Source of the DNA: Nymphaea colorata
Taxonomy: Eukaryota
Length of the DNA stretch: 64,000 nt
Direction of reading: 5' to 3'
NCBI RefSeq assembly: GCF_008831285.2
Contig: NC_045138.2
Span: 27,590,001 to 27,654,000, forward strand
Shown: piece by piece, positions 43,756 to 58,380 of the stretch
Layout: the number at the start of each line of letters is the position of its first letter
Position numbering within the stretch: position 1 is the stretch's first letter
Position numbers and translations under genes: made by a program
Notes under the pieces: generated by a model
The model's database searches: none
What the model was told of the DNA's origin: nothing
What the model saw: only the letters and a program-made list of their open reading frames with translations

Positions 43756-46700
43756 GCCACATCATGTAAAGAAAATAAGACCCAACGACTGGATCACATA
43801 CAGATCCGTTTGAAGCTTTGGATACGTCAAAAAATCCTACAAGTATTTGAGAAATTTGTAGGTTGTTGGATCTTAAGCTAGTAGGACTTGCAATTCTTTT
43901 TAGAAAACCAAATTTTGTAGCTCCCTTGAATTAGGTGAGATCCAATTAGGTAAGACTTGAAGTAGCTAGGATCTAACCCGAACCCGACTTAGATTACATC
44001 CCCAACTACTATGTAGAACTAGTTCATGAGCCTGAGAACAACGATGTATACACAAGATCACTAAAGATTTTGAAATTTGTTTGCAAGCGGAAACAGATGG
44101 CATAAGAATACACGAATTTTTATAATATTCAATACTTTTTTTTTATTTTAATTAAAACTTTCAAAAACATCTCAGATTTCAATATTTTAATTGTTAAGAT
44201 GTGAAACACCACATGGGAGAATTTGGGATTTGAGTGTTTAGATCTGTTTAGTATTTCCCTTTCTTAGGGTTTATAACTATTTCATGACTTAAATAGACCT
44301 ACAATATATCCATCAACTAAAGTGTCACACTTACTACAATTTGAAGTATAAAAGAAAAGTACTCAGAATAATAATCACTCTTTAAGGTACTCGCCAAATC
44401 AACCTCGCCAAATCAACCAACTATGGTGTAGCTCTTGAAGCGAGTATGTTTGGCTTTTGTCCTTTACAAAGAAAATACTAAACTTTCTAAATAAATGCAG
44501 TTAGGCCGTGTTTGATTATTTGACGTTGCCGTGGGTGTACTTTAACTATGGTGTACTTGCACCTTAAAATCGAGTGACAAAAATAAACCTTTCTCTCTCT
44601 AGTTTTCTTCACTTTATTTTTATTTTAAGACTACAAACTTGTACGGCAACGAATAGTATTTCCATATAGTTTTAATTGTTGAAAAGCTATCTAGCTTCTT
44701 CCAAGTTAATAGAAAAGATCAAAGAGTTTCTCTTCACATTTATTATTAAGCACCATGTTGCTAAGAAAAGAAATATAAAGTAGTAAATTTTTTTCATATG
44801 AGAGAGAGAGAGAGATCATTGCCTTTTAGTTACTCTGGATTTGAAATCCATGATTTAAGAGGGAGAGTCTGATCTTAAATTAAAGATTCTCAAATTCTGA
44901 GTTCTCTGATCTTAAATGAATGGTTCTCAAATCCTGTAGATCTCAAATTCCATACTATCAAACGCCTTTAAAGAGATCCATAGGATATTCCACTTGAATA
45001 GTCAATCACAACTTTTTCTATTTAAAAAATAAATAAATAAATAAATAGATTGTGATGTTTGACAAAAGCTGGACCTCACTTAATTGGGAGACAGCGAAAG
45101 GTTGCACGAAAGTTCATGAATGTCCTTTTAATCTCAGTCTTAAGCCAACAACGTGATTCGTATTGTTGGTTTGACAAAAGTTGATCATTGGTTCATTTTC
45201 CTTTAATACAGACCTGTTCTTCTAGCAATTACTTGTGTATGAAATTGTTAATTTTGGACTTCGAAAATTCAAAACTCTACTTTAATCAAATCAACTACCT
45301 GGATCTCATTTATGTTCTGCAGCGAGGAACAAAAATCTTGATCTTTATTACTTTCAAGTTTATGTTACTCTTCATTAAACATTCATTCTTAACAACTTCT
45401 GATCTTTAAATTTACCTGTATTTACTAAATAATCACCTATACTTGTAAATTTAATGCATAGAGAGAGAGAGAGAGAAAAGCAAAAACCTTGATGATACCA
45501 ATAAGTGGGATTTAGTGTTGTTTTTCTTTAAAATTAAAGTTCAATGATTTAAAATTAATGAAATTTGATTGGCACATAAACCTTTTAAATGTTATTGGAT
45601 TCCAACATGGGATGTTGGGGCACTGGACGGAATTTCTGAGTAGCGACGTACAAATGAAAGGCTAAATCATAGGCCATTGGCTTTGAAGGGGGGCGAGGGC
45701 CGAGGCCTCATCATTCATGGAGTGCCTCACACAATTATGGCCGAGCATGGGCTATGTCACTCCGTCCTTCCCTCCCCTCTTTCAACTGCAGCCAAACAAA
45801 CAACCAGCCGGAGAAAGAGATCTTGTCCAGGAACTTTATGGTTCAAGAAAAGGAACGTTTGCTTGATGCGTAGATCTTGATTTTGTTGGCTTTAGATCGT
45901 GATTATTGAGAAATGAAGCGCTGAGATCATTGAAATTTTTAGAGATTATTTGATTTAATTAATTGTCGTGATATATGCTGGGTTACTCCTCTTGAATGCA
46001 ATAGTAACAGGCGTGACACTTGAATTGAAGGGTGTTCTATAGTTGTACTCCAACTCCGAAGCAAACCGAAATCTTAAAGGCGTAAAAGTATGTTGTTGGG
46101 GTTTTACTCCCGAAAGCAGTTTCTTCTAAATAAACATCATAAAATGAAGTCTGTACCATGGGAGCAATTTTTTCGGTATTAATATAATGTACCTAATTAT
46201 ATATAGGGATGCTTAGGTACTTTAGATGTAATATGTACCTAATTAAGGGATGCAACACCAATGGCTTAAATGTTAGCATTAAAGGTGTTTGGTCAAAAGA
46301 ATCAGATGTAAAGCGTGCCATTTAGTGAATACAAATCACAAACATGTCATTCATAAAAAAACAAGAGCTGTACATTTTCGTAGGGGCCTATACAGAAAAT
46401 TGGTGTTTTGAATCCAAAGTCTTCGATATAATTTTTTCGTTGCCCAAGTTAACTGACTGGATTGAATAATAAGGCTCTTTATTATCGTTATCTACGAGTT
46501 TACTTTGTTGATTCCAGCTGCTGTTATATGAGATAGTGGATTTCCATTAAGATCTGGATCATAGAAGCATTTTCTCGGATCTTGATGCTCTATAGAAGCA
46601 TTTTATTGGGTTGGGATCTGAAGATTGTTTTAGATTCTTGGACTTTAAGGCAGGCTTCCATGCCCAGGAATCAAGGATTCGGGCTTATCCACCTTGTTTT

Positions 46701-47862
46701 TAGGTAGAGAAACATTTCATCCCATCATCTAGAAGAGAGCCGAAGTTCTCATCCAACCTCTTGTCCTCTTCCAGCATGTTTGGCAAGAGTAACATAATGT
46801 CTCATGTATTTACCACATTTTTTGGGATAGATTCATAAAACATTAACTGCTGCGCAGGTCGTTAAGATAACTTACACGTCAGTGACTCTCCTTTTTCGAG
46901 AGAAGATATTTTCAACATGTATCTTAGGATTATGGATAATAGGGACCGTTCGATTCAATTTTCGGACAGAACTGGGACCTGAAAATGATATCGAATGTAG
47001 TTTGTTTTGGTTTGATTCTTATGGATTTGGATCTAAAACCAGGATATAGGCCCATTTGTCCTGTACAAAAAGGCAGAAAAAAAGAGCCAGGCTGGATCGA
47101 AGACAGCCGACGGATCCAGTTGCGTGCCATACCATCAGACCCTGGTCCAACTAACCGGGCTGCTACAGGTCAGACCATGCTCCAATTTTTGTTCGGATTG
47201 GATATAGAAAATACCAAACCCGAATCCAAGCTGTCCGCTTCAAGCAAACCCGTATCCTGCCAGAACAAAAGCCAACGAAGGCCATTAATATTCGAATATT
47301 TTTAAAAAAGAGAAGAATTTAATGCCAAATTAATTATCAAGTCCTGCTCCGTTCTTAATTAGTTTTTCAAGAAAAGCGGTAACTGCGATCGATATTTAGA
47401 TAGCGTCACATTTATTATCGCTACAGAGCTTTTTTTTTTCTTCTGAAAATAACTCAATTTTATCGGTGAATTTTTGTGAAACGTTAATATATTGATGAGA
47501 TAAAAATTGCAAAAATTCTAAAATTGCCTCAGGAAAGTGGTTTTTAGCCTTTTACTCGTATTTATTTTGTGCCTTTTGGAAAATGAAAAAAAAAATAATG
47601 TTGCGATATTTTGGTCGGCGATATTTTGTTTGTTTATGGAACGACAACCGTTAGGACTTAGTAGAGCAAGGGAGTCATTACGTGAAAGGTAAAGGGTAAG
47701 ACCGTGAAAATGGAGGACACGGTGGCTTTAATTCCGGGAGAGGATCGCGGCCGACAGGCTACTGCAGGTAGCCATTGCGTACGGCCGGTCAGCAGCCGAT
47801 GACGAGGCGTCGGTGGGTTAACCATGGTCGAACGAGGGTTAAGCATCGGCGTGATGATCGGG

Positions 47863-47869
47863 TATATAA
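47863..47869 (+). promoter_or_regulatory. TATA box of the NDL gene
   Basis: TATATAA about 140 nt upstream of the ATG, preceded by a GC-rich proximal promoter and followed by a purine-rich leader. Confidence 0.6.
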
Positions 47870-48003
47870 GGGCCTGAGATTTGGTATCTTACGTTGGGGA
47901 GACGGAGGAGGAAGAAGGGGGAAACGGAGGAGGAAGAAGGGGGGAAGGAAGGAGAAAATAAAATAAAGAGGAAAAAGAAAAGAAAATTTCAGAGGCCGAG
48001 GCA

Positions 48004-51000
48004 ATGGGAGATTCCAGCAGCTCGGTGTCTATTGATATGGAGACGATCCCTCTGGGAGGACAGGTGCGCCAGTTCCTCTGATTCCCTTGGCTGTGATTTT
48101 TTCCAAACATTTCTTATTTCCTGGGGAAATTTTGGGCTTTGAACGGCTGTAAATGGTGAGTTTCTTGGTTTGCTTTTAAAAATGCCGATCTCCGAAGCAT
48201 GAGTTTTTGCAGGGTTTTGAGCTCCTTTGTTTTTTTCTGTGTTTTAGGTGGTTCTGGGAAGGAGAGTCATTTTTTGTTGAGGTTTCTAATGATTTTTTTA
48301 GGGTTGATGAATGAGGCTCATTTTTTTTTTGGAGTCTTGGCTTCTGCCTTCTTTTTGTTTAGGTAAATTGGAATTTGTATGTCTGTTTTGTGAAATTTGG
48401 ACTTTGAGAAGTTTTCTAGGTTGAGCTTTTAGCATGACACGAAGATTAGTAGGTTTTTGTGTGGTCACGCTGTTATTCGAATGGACGAAACTCGAGAGTC
48501 AGGATTGGTTTTCTTACTGTATTGCATATTTTTCTTTTTTTTTCCCGGCGTTTTATAAAGTCCAGAGTTCTGATAAGAGATTCTGTTCTATGTTTAAGAA
48601 ATGCATTTTTCTTCTTTTTTTGTTTTTTCTATTTTTTTGTGAGTTTGACTTTTGATTGCTTGCATTTACTAATGATTTAACTCTTCCTCAGCATCGTGTT
48701 TGCAACTCTTTCCCAATCAGTTTCCAGGAGAAGTCCAAAGGATCAATTGTTTGACACTAGTTGTAACTAATTTTTTTTTTTGTTTCAATGATATATTCAC
48801 ACATGTTCAAGCGGCATTGATTTTCCAAGCTCAAAATGAAGTGTTTGATTCTGCAACTTAGTTTAACATTGCTTGGACCATCATTTTCTCAAGTTTTTGG
48901 AGGTTTAATTTGCCGAGTTTAACGATTTTATTGGTTATATTTGTAGTCATCTTCTTTATCTGATTCTTTGAATACCCGTCATTTTTAATTCCAGGTTAGT
49001 CGGAAGCTTGGTCTTCTCCTTCTCCAGAACGATTTTCTCAAAAGTGGTCTCGCCGCTTTAGTCAGTTTGTGTCTTAAACTATTGTCTCGTCTGCTCGTGA
49101 TTCTGTGCTTTGTGAATGGAAAAAACGTTTCACAGAAGCGAGATATGCTTTCTACTGCTATTTGGAAGAAATTTTTGTTCTCCTTTCTTGATTTTGGTAT
49201 TAACGTATGGCTAGAATCGATTGTAAATCTTCTTAGAAATATGGGATTTAAAGGTGCCGAACGCTTCTTCTACTTCAAACTGTTAGGGTAATTGGTTTCA
49301 AAGGTTGTTTATCTGTGATGGTGCTAATTACATGTTTTATGTTCATAGTTTTTTAGTTTTTACTTCCAAGTATAAAAAGTGGTTTAGATTTGATCTTACC
49401 TTTTTTTTTTGTCCTCCAAGATTTTCTCAAAAACATTTCCTTGTGCTTCATTTGTTTCTAGAGCACTGGTGGGATTGATGGTTAAGAGCCTTACAGGATC
49501 TGGGATATGGGCATTTATTTGTGTATGCACGCGTGTCAAAACCTGGTTTTGTTGCTTATGACTGGCATCTAATTCGTCTTGTGGTTTTGAAAATTTTCCA
49601 ATTGTTGGCAGTCTTCATACTACTCTGCCTTTTCCTTATCTTACGTTTCTGAGGTGTCTGATACTTCTACAGGAGCATATCTTACATACAAGTCATGGTC
49701 CTCTCTCTGTAACTGTATTCGGAGATGTTGATAAGCCAGCACTTGTAACTTACCCTGACGTTGCTTTGAATCGTAAGTGGTTCGTACATGGGTTCTACAT
49801 GATAATTCTTTACTTATAATCTTTTCAATTATCATCACATATATTTCCAAGCGTTTACTTCTTGGGCCCAATGATTTCATGCTTAACTTTGGATATTTGA
49901 GATGCCTACATAGTCCTTCTACGTGATAAGATAGTTTTTGTCTTGACTTAGAATATTTATCCGTTATACACCAAGCATGTCCCCATTATTCACATTTATC
50001 TGCTTTGCTGTGAGCGGCTTTAGAATTTTGATCATGTGGCAAATGAAAATTTTTTCTGCTTATGGCTTTGAAACAGATATGTCTTGCTTCCAAGGATTAT
50101 TCTGTTGCCCTGAAGCTGCTTGCTTGCTGCTTCACAACTTCTGCATCTATCATATTGATCCTCCTGGACATGAGGTTTGTGATTTGGTTTTGATTCTCTC
50201 TCTCTTTTTCTCCCTCTTTCCTCACTCAATATATTGCATTGAATATGACTCCTTTGTACTCATATTGCAATGCCCTTTTAAGTGTTTTTGCAGTTGGGAG
50301 CAGCTGCTATTTCTTCTGAACGACCTCTTCCTTCTGTTCATGATTTAGCAGATCAGGTTGCTGAAGTTCTGGATTTTTTCGGGTGTGTATGATCAATAGT
50401 TGTATATTTTATGTTTTTTCATAAACATTCCATGCCTGTCTCTAATTGTGATTTTGTGCTATTTTCTCAGTCTTCAAAATCTTAGATCGTGTGTGTGTTT
50501 TGAAGTTTTTTTGTGCTTATATAAGTTGATTCTCTTTTAAAAGGCTCAGCAGTGTTATATGCATGGGGGTCACAGCGGGTGCCTACATCCTTACCCTCTT
50601 TGCGGTGCGTATGCCTTTTAGATCAGTTCAAAGCTTCTTCATTTTAACCGTACTGTTTTTGCCCTTTGTTTACTTATCCAGTTTCTAAATTGATTTTTTG
50701 ATGTTCTTGCAGATGAAGTATAGGGAGCGTGTTCTTGGTCTAATACTTGTTTCCCCTTTATGCAAAGCACCCTCTTGGACAGAGTGGATATATAGCAAGG
50801 TTTCTTTCTTTGCTTTCTTTTCTTTTAGATGTTTGTCATTTGGCAAAAATGTGAGTTTATTGGGTGCCAGACCCATGTGAGGAGTGCAAGGAACCCAGAA
50901 TACCAGACAACTGGACCACGGATTGTCTGTTATTCAAGAAATTTTTATGAATTTGCTGAGGCATGTTTCATGATATACTTACCATCTTCGGTCTTGGTAG

Positions 51001-54000
51001 TAGTGCAATGGAGAATAGTATTTTACGGGTATATATTGCTTAGAGATTCGGTGCCCATAACTGTATGTTAAGGTCGAGTAAGGTAGTTCTTGTTAATTGG
51101 CGTTTTATTATAGGCTTATAGCAAAAGGTAGTGCAATGTTTTTTACAAATGAAATAATAAAGTGCTCAAACATTTAGTGCAGAGTCTCATGACATGTCTT
51201 CAGAAACTAGTAGATATTACCGACTAATAAAGGAATGAGGTGTTAGTTTAATTTACTGTGGTTTGACTTGGACTGAGCACGTAGCTCTTTTTTCCAATTT
51301 TCATGTCTCTTCCAGGATATCTGTGGTTTGAGTGGGCTAGTTCACCTCTTTTGAATTGTCCTTTGACTCTTAACCAGAAACTTGTCAAACATGACAACCG
51401 CTTTTTGTCAAACACAGACTGCCATTTGAAGTGGCACAACTTTTAATCTCATGATTGAATTGTTTTGACAGTTTGACCAAGACCGTTGTTTCTGGTGATT
51501 TGGCAGGTCGTTTCAAATTTACTGTACTTTTATGGGATGTGTGGTGTTGTTAAGGAGTTCTTGCTTCAGAGGTACTTCAGCAAGGTAGTCATATTTTTTC
51601 ATATTTCTTCCCGGTATAATTTTCTGGTACGCTGTGGTTAACAGTCACCTTCCATCATCATTTCAGGAAGCTCGGGGTGGTGCAAATGTTATTGAGTCGG
51701 ACATTGTTCTTGCATGCAGAAGGGTAATTGAACATTTTTTGGCATTTGTAATGAATGATAAGCAAAGTAAAAGAGGATTTCCTGCTGATTAATGAGATTA
51801 TCTTGCAGTTGCTGGATGAGAGACAAGGAACAAATGTTACACGCTTTCTTGAAGCAATTAGCCGGTATGTTTGCACATCCCTCATTTATAGTTCTGTTTG
51901 GTTGAAAAAATAATGGTACCTTGGGTCGCCATCATATAGCTTGATGTTTAGGTCGCACTAGTTGCAACCAAGGGGCGCAAGTTCAAAATCCTAGGTGTCT
52001 TGCCATCTTGGTTAATCCTTTGATGATCCAACTTCAATTTACCTGTGACCATTAGTTCCTTTGAAATGCATAGCCATGTGACCGTCAATTAGTTAAGTCG
52101 ACTTTCGTGGGTCCTATTTATGCGGCCATATTTCCATCTCTGTCTGTTTCTTCTGGCAGTCACTGGAAATGTGCAGTTGCGGGCAGCTTATGCCTTTTTT
52201 ATAGCTTACTAGCCAAAGTCGCATTGGCATCGTTCTCCACTATCATCAAAAGCTTAATCCTGTTGCATTGGCTTGTCAGAGTCCTCCAAGATCTAGCTTT
52301 ATGGGAGTTTACTACTGATCTTTCTAGATCTGCAGCATGACCTGCTTAATTATGCAAGAGTTCAAACCGCATTTTTATTGCCATGTTAATCATTGTTACG
52401 AGCTTCCCCTTGCCATTTTCTTCTCGGTGTTACCTGGTTCTTGGTTTGATTTTTCGAAGGTTAGGTTTGAGGCATGTTTGTATTCTTGTGTTCAAACTCA
52501 GGCTTTTGCATTTCGTTTAACACTTTTAAATGAACCATGCCCACAATATGAAAATATTGAGACCCAAGTGTATGATTTTTTTATGTATTTTTTTTCGTCT
52601 TATTCGTAAAAGTATTATTTATCGGCGAACATTGTTCCTTTTTGAGCATGATGATTGCGTGATTCTTTTTAAAGGATTTATCGGGTTGGCCCTCTAGTGG
52701 TAGGTCCAACCGTTGAGCGATTATTTTAATTTAGAAACCCATGCGCTGAATTCTGCTGTAAAGTGCGGAAGGTTGGGCCTGGCTGCCGAAGTATTAATAT
52801 TTTCACGCAGTCAACATGGTTGGATCTTTCTTATGGCCTTCGGTTTGAGACTAGGGGTTCAATACGTCCCTAAAAATCTCCTTGGTCAGGGGGTCCTCCA
52901 ATCCCGGTGTATACGTTAGTCCGTCCCACCTTGATTTACGGAGCATGATCCGTCAATGTCATAGTTAGATAGGCAAATTTTTTTGTGGTCCATGCAACTT
53001 TTGTTTGTGGTGCAATTGAGACAAATGAACTTTTGACCATCATCGGCATGTGGGATGTAAAAAGTAGCCGTTACTAGCCATTCATGTGCCACCCTCGGTC
53101 TCTTTTATCCTATTGCATTTCACTCGTTCCCTACCACGTCTCTACCAATCTAGCTATCACAAATTTGACCGTTTGCATGTGGGTGCTCCTAAGACTGTCC
53201 TTTAGTGTGAAATGGGGTTTTGGACTGGGATCCGATCCATGCCTGCTAGGACAGTGAGTCTCTATTTTGTTGAGATCTGAAGCGTATGAGAGCTGGGCTG
53301 CATGGCTCGGAGTCTGGTGGACTTATTTTGAATACAACTTTTAGGTTACAAGTTTATACTTTGTATCTGGTTTTATATGGGGTGCAAGGAAGGAAACTTG
53401 CCAAGTCATATGGTCAATTGCTGTGTTGGGGAACATTAAGACCACCTGGTCTTGGGAGGCTAAGAGCATGGACTACCACCTTGATCCCTTGAGCTGGACC
53501 AACGGATTCCACGACTCGTTCTGGTCTGACTGAAGTTGCTTGCCGTTGCTTTGAGCCCCAGTGCTACGGTTTCCGTCTCCCACACACGCATACATCCTTA
53601 ACGTTAGTGCATCTGTCACCCACACACACACGACGCATCTCCTTGCACCCACCCAGAGGTTTCGGTTTTGAGTGTGTATTTGTGCATGCAGGAGGCACGA
53701 CGTAACTGACGGCTTGAAGAAACTCAGATGTCGGACACTAATATTTGTTGGCGAAAATTCTCCCTTCCACTCAGAAGCTCTCTATATGACCTCCAAGATG
53801 GACAGGAAATACACGGCATTGGTTGAGGTATGGGGGTTCTCCTGTTCCCTTTGTTCCACCTCCCAACATCTTCTCTGCACATCATTGCATGCGTGAAAAA
53901 AAAAGAAAAGAAAAAGGAACAAAAACAAGAAACCGTGTGGGTCAGTGCTTGTTTTGCTCTACTAGAGTCTGTGGGTTCTGCGAATCTTTAACCCCCTTTC

Positions 54001-54814
54001 TGTGCCTTCGCCCCCATGTGAATTGTCAGTGAGCTCCTTTTTGTTGGTTCAAGTTTTTATTATTTAAAATGATGCTTTAAATATCTGGACAATGATCATA
54101 ATCCTTGTCCAACGATATATTGGTGTCTAGCTGCAATTGCAAATGGCCAAAATCATCTGGCGTCCACTGTGGGGGCGAAGAAAACTTCGGGTTTTGGCAC
54201 CTTGTCAGAGACTGATCAAAGTGTACGCGTATGATATGACTTTGTATGCCCGTGGTGATTGGGTCAAGGCAGTTTTTTTTTTCCCTTTTTTTTTTCTGCA
54301 GCTTCTTCGCACGAAGTCTGTAAACCTATAAAATAATGCAGGCAGAATGTATGCCCACGAAGGTGAGGCCATCGTGGCGCATTTTGTCTCCTTAGTTTTA
54401 TGGTTCTACAGCCATCTGATCCACGAGAAGAGGATGATGCTCCCTTAGAAAAAAACATTTTGTAAATTTGGTAGTTTGAAAGGCGTGGATTTCGATCTAA
54501 GTTCGTTTTGTAAATAGTTCTTAATGATACATTAGATATTGAAAAAAATGTCACTATATGAACGAAGAAAATTAATGATGTAAGTTGCGCGGAAGCAGGT
54601 GCAAGCATGTGGGTCGATGGTGACGGAGGAGCAACCTCACGCCATGCTGATTCCGTTGGAGTACTTCCTCATGGGATATGGGGTCTACAGGCAATGCCAG
54701 TATTCGACCAGTCCGACCAGCCCGTTGAGCCCTTCATGCATCTCGCCGGAGTTGCTGTCTCCAGAAAGCATGGGGTTGAAGCTGAAGCCGATAAAGACCC
54801 GCGTCTCCAGCTGA
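48004..54814 (+). CDS. NDL: N-MYC downregulated-like (NDL/NDRG, SF21-type alpha/beta-hydrolase fold) protein, 345 aa, 11 exons
   Basis: Exons 48004-48063, 49673-49772, 50077-50174, 50294-50382, 50544-50604, 50713-50799, 51507-51584, 51667-51723, 51809-51864, 53692-53827, 54599-54814; 1038 nt in frame. Motifs [58 protein letters not shown] and [15 protein letters not shown]. Confidence 0.96.
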
Positions 54815-57800
54815 GAAAGCAACCAAGTTCGGCGGAAGAAGGCCGGTGTACATTTCTGCTAATTCTTGGACGGATCCATGTACAAGGCAGAGGGATTCTT
54901 GGGTGTAGATAAAAGGAGGGAGGGCAAGTGTTATACTCCAAATTCATTTGTAGTCATAAGCCAAGCTGTCTGTAACATTATCTCTTTCATTATTTATATC
55001 TTCGGATTACAATAAGGGTGAAGAGTGTCTGGAAAAGTTCTATCTGAATCCCTCCCTGTTGGCCGGATCCTCCACTTTGGGGGCAATTTCATTATATGAT
55101 TGTCAGAAACTCTCTGAATCAGGCTAACGTGGTCCGAATTTATTTTTCCTAATAAAAAACTTCATATATTTATATATTTTTATACTCTTTTCGCCTGTCA
55201 TGTGTATATCCACTTCGGCCCTAGGAAGGTAGCCAGGCGTACCTACCTACTCCCTAGTACCAAAAATTAAATCGCTTCACATCAAATACAATACCTTTTG
55301 CCTACAGCCAGGCTGTTGTGGAGCCTCGTCAATATCTTTTCATAAAAATCTTGTTGTGAGCAGTGGCAGTTTTCCTTTTAAAAAGGGGGAAAGGATGCCC
55401 TTAAACAGCTCACGTCGCTTCGTCGTTGGGGCATGGGATGGCCGGTGTCGGGGGCTTTACCCAACCGAAGATACTATGCTTGAGCTGCAGATAAAGTTGA
55501 AAATCCCTTGGTTCGCTTGATCCAACGTCCTCGCCGCTTGGGGATCTCCGCGCACTCGATGCCAGCTGCAAATCGGGGAGGACACAACTTTTCCTTTTCC
55601 CCCTTGGGGGGCAGCTCAGGGTTTTCGTGCTTGGAGTGCAACGGCTGGAAAGGTGATGGGCATTAAATAAAAAGAGAACAAGAAAATTTTGAGAACAAAC
55701 CATTTCCTTCCGTTCGCTTTTTTGAAGGAACGTATCTTGCTGAAGTTGCAGGGAGGGGTTTGAGATATTTGCTGGTAGTTGCTTTTAATTTTTCCGCACC
55801 AACTCTTGCGATATAAAAATGTGCGCACCACAAAAAATTATGATCTTTTTCTGGCATCTCCACTATGGGAATGACTCGATGGACAGAATTACATTACTAT
55901 ATGATATCTAAAATCTCCGTAGTTTGATGTAACTTTGAGCAATAAACAGGTTCAAAATGTCATGAATAACTCAAAACTCGAAGAAAATGATGATATTTGT
56001 GAGCCTGTGAGGATATCTCTGTAATGGCGTGGGTAGCAAGGGTTAGCTGTGCCGGTGTCAACATCTAGGGCCTCCTTTGATTCCAAACATGATCGCAAGG
56101 TGTGTCTTCTTGCTGCAACATGCCACGGTGAGTGAGGTGTGAGCTCTAGACCAACCGCCAACTAGCCAAGGACCTAATAACTAGGGTTCAACTTCATGAC
56201 AAACTTAATAATGACAGCGAAATGCGTTATGAAGGGAGATCCAAGCACTTGATTTCCCAATTCAATTGGGAGTAATTTCAGGAACAGATTAAAAAAAGGA
56301 ACACCAGATCCGTTGGGGTTCAAATGCTTGGTTTCCCGATATATGATTAATGTCAGCAAAAGTTGAAGAAAGAAAAAAAAGATCATCAGATCCAATGAGA
56401 AAATTAATGACTTTTTCCAGGAAGTGTAATCAAGAGCAAACTGTGTTGTTTAACTTGCTTATGAGGCATCAAGGGGCATAGCATAGCTCAAAAAACAGGT
56501 CTCTAATTCGATTCCTATGATCACTATGCCTCTCTGTCTTAAGTGTGGCAGAGGCAGAGCCACTTTTGTAGGTGGTGCGTTGTTAACCTCCTGCTCACCC
56601 AAAAGAAAATTCTTACCAAATTTTGCCTTAAAAGAAATTGGTTACAACTTGCGCAAATCTTATGCAGTATGACATTGCAAAGTGCGATCTTACTCAGATG
56701 ACATGATACATTACTTTTATCATCATGACTGAAAGATAAATAGGGGAAGCCAGTTGCCCAGCGTGTCACCCATTTCCAAAGACTTCCCACCAATTGCTTA
56801 CCTAACTTATCTATTTCAAATTCTGACTCGGTTTATTATATTTGTTCATCATTTAACTCACCACACATCTCGTCGCACTCTTTCACCAAGTTAAGCTTTT
56901 TGGACGTTTGATTAATGGCTTCCTTTGATTAAACCAGAGAGAGCATGTAGGACCACGACGAAGGTTACTGTAGCAAACAAGAGGAACCGCAAACAATCAC
57001 TCAATATATAAAGTTGGCAAGTTTGGTAGTAAGTAAACGGTAGATAAGTTGATTTTCCATAAATGTTTTCTAAGGGAAGGTGGGTGTTGTGTTTGTTAAT
57101 TGGGATACCAAATTCTGTCACGGAGAGGGTTGAAGTCATGTAGAGTTGAATCTTCAGGGAGAAACATTGATAAGATTAGGCCATTTTCATTCGTTTGATA
57201 TAGTAGGACGAATGCTTGACTTTGTGGTTCAAATTCCATGAATGTCGTCACACCTATGGAAAAGTATAGTAAACTTTCCTCAGAAGTCGTTTGGAAAGTT
57301 TGGATATTCGATGTGTCTTTTCCTATAATGAAACTAAGTTTTAGCCAGTGGTTGAAGATCGGCCCACTGGAATTTAGTTAAGGTCTTAGAGATAAAGATA
57401 TCAGTTTGGTTTTTTCTCAAAAATAGAACGAGGTACCAATGGATAGGCAAAGAAAACAAAAACGCCTTTGACTTCACTTCTGGCCCGAGTTTATCATCGA
57501 CTGATAGAGGCGCTCTCTCTCTCTCTCTCTCTCTCTTAGCTGTTGTCTTTTTGACGGCCTTATAACAATATATTACTTGTATGTGGGCAATCGTTGACAC
57601 AAGGCCACACCTGACTCAGCCACTAGATTTACATTGGTTTTGCCAAATGCAATTTGAGAGACATTAATCTAAAAGCTTTCATGCTTTTAAGATGCAATAA
57701 TATGTAGAAATTGCAAGTATTTGAATGCCTCTATGTTCAAATAAACGTATTTTCTTGGGTTGGTGTGGGCAACTGCATGCACCTGCCTGCCAATATGTGC

Positions 57801-58190
57801 TTCTACCACTAACCAGAAATGGTGTCTCTGTTACTTCTTTCCCGCTTCTCTTTCTTGAGGTTTTTGTGAGGTTCATTCTTGTTTTTTTTTTTTTTTTTTT
57901 TGAGTGAGTAGGAGGTTAACAATCCACCACCCAGAAAAGAGGCCCGAAGGCCTCCCATCGTTTTCCCTACTTCTGAGGTTTTGTGCCGTGTCGGAGCCCG
58001 GATAGACAGTGGGTACTCATTCTTCTGTGTTCCTGTAAATATCGGGTAACCGATTAATTTATTATTTGCCTCAATAATTCGAGCACAAAATTTCAAAGAC
58101 ATAAATGAACAACCTTGGTTACCCATTTGCAAACAATGGATGCAGATTGGCAGTTGTTAAATCAATTCCGCTGCCTACTTTGGGTGATAT

Positions 58191-58380
58191 ACTGGTCTGC
58201 CCCTAGGGGGTGGTTTCAAGGGCCTTGGCTACCCTTCTAAAAAAAAAATTTACATATAAAATTTTAAAAAAATTTTATGTATCCTATATAAAAATTTTAA
58301 AAAAATATGTTTCAACCCATGTCAAAATTTTGAAACCATAATTTAGCCTCCCTCATGAAAAATTTCTATCGCCGCCGTTA
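58191..58380. mobile_element. Short MITE-like repeat (GC-rich ends, A/T-tract core)
   Basis: GC-rich termini (CTGCCCCTAGGGGG ... ATCGCCGCCG) around repeated AAAATTTT tracts. Termini are degenerate and no TSD is seen. Confidence 0.35.

Noticed and set aside
36000..47800. Search by eye for conserved miRNA hairpins, tRNA, snoRNA or rRNA in the long intergenic gap
   Set aside because: No mature sequence of a conserved plant miRNA family or tRNA cloverleaf recognised; an Infernal/Rfam scan is needed to exclude them formally.
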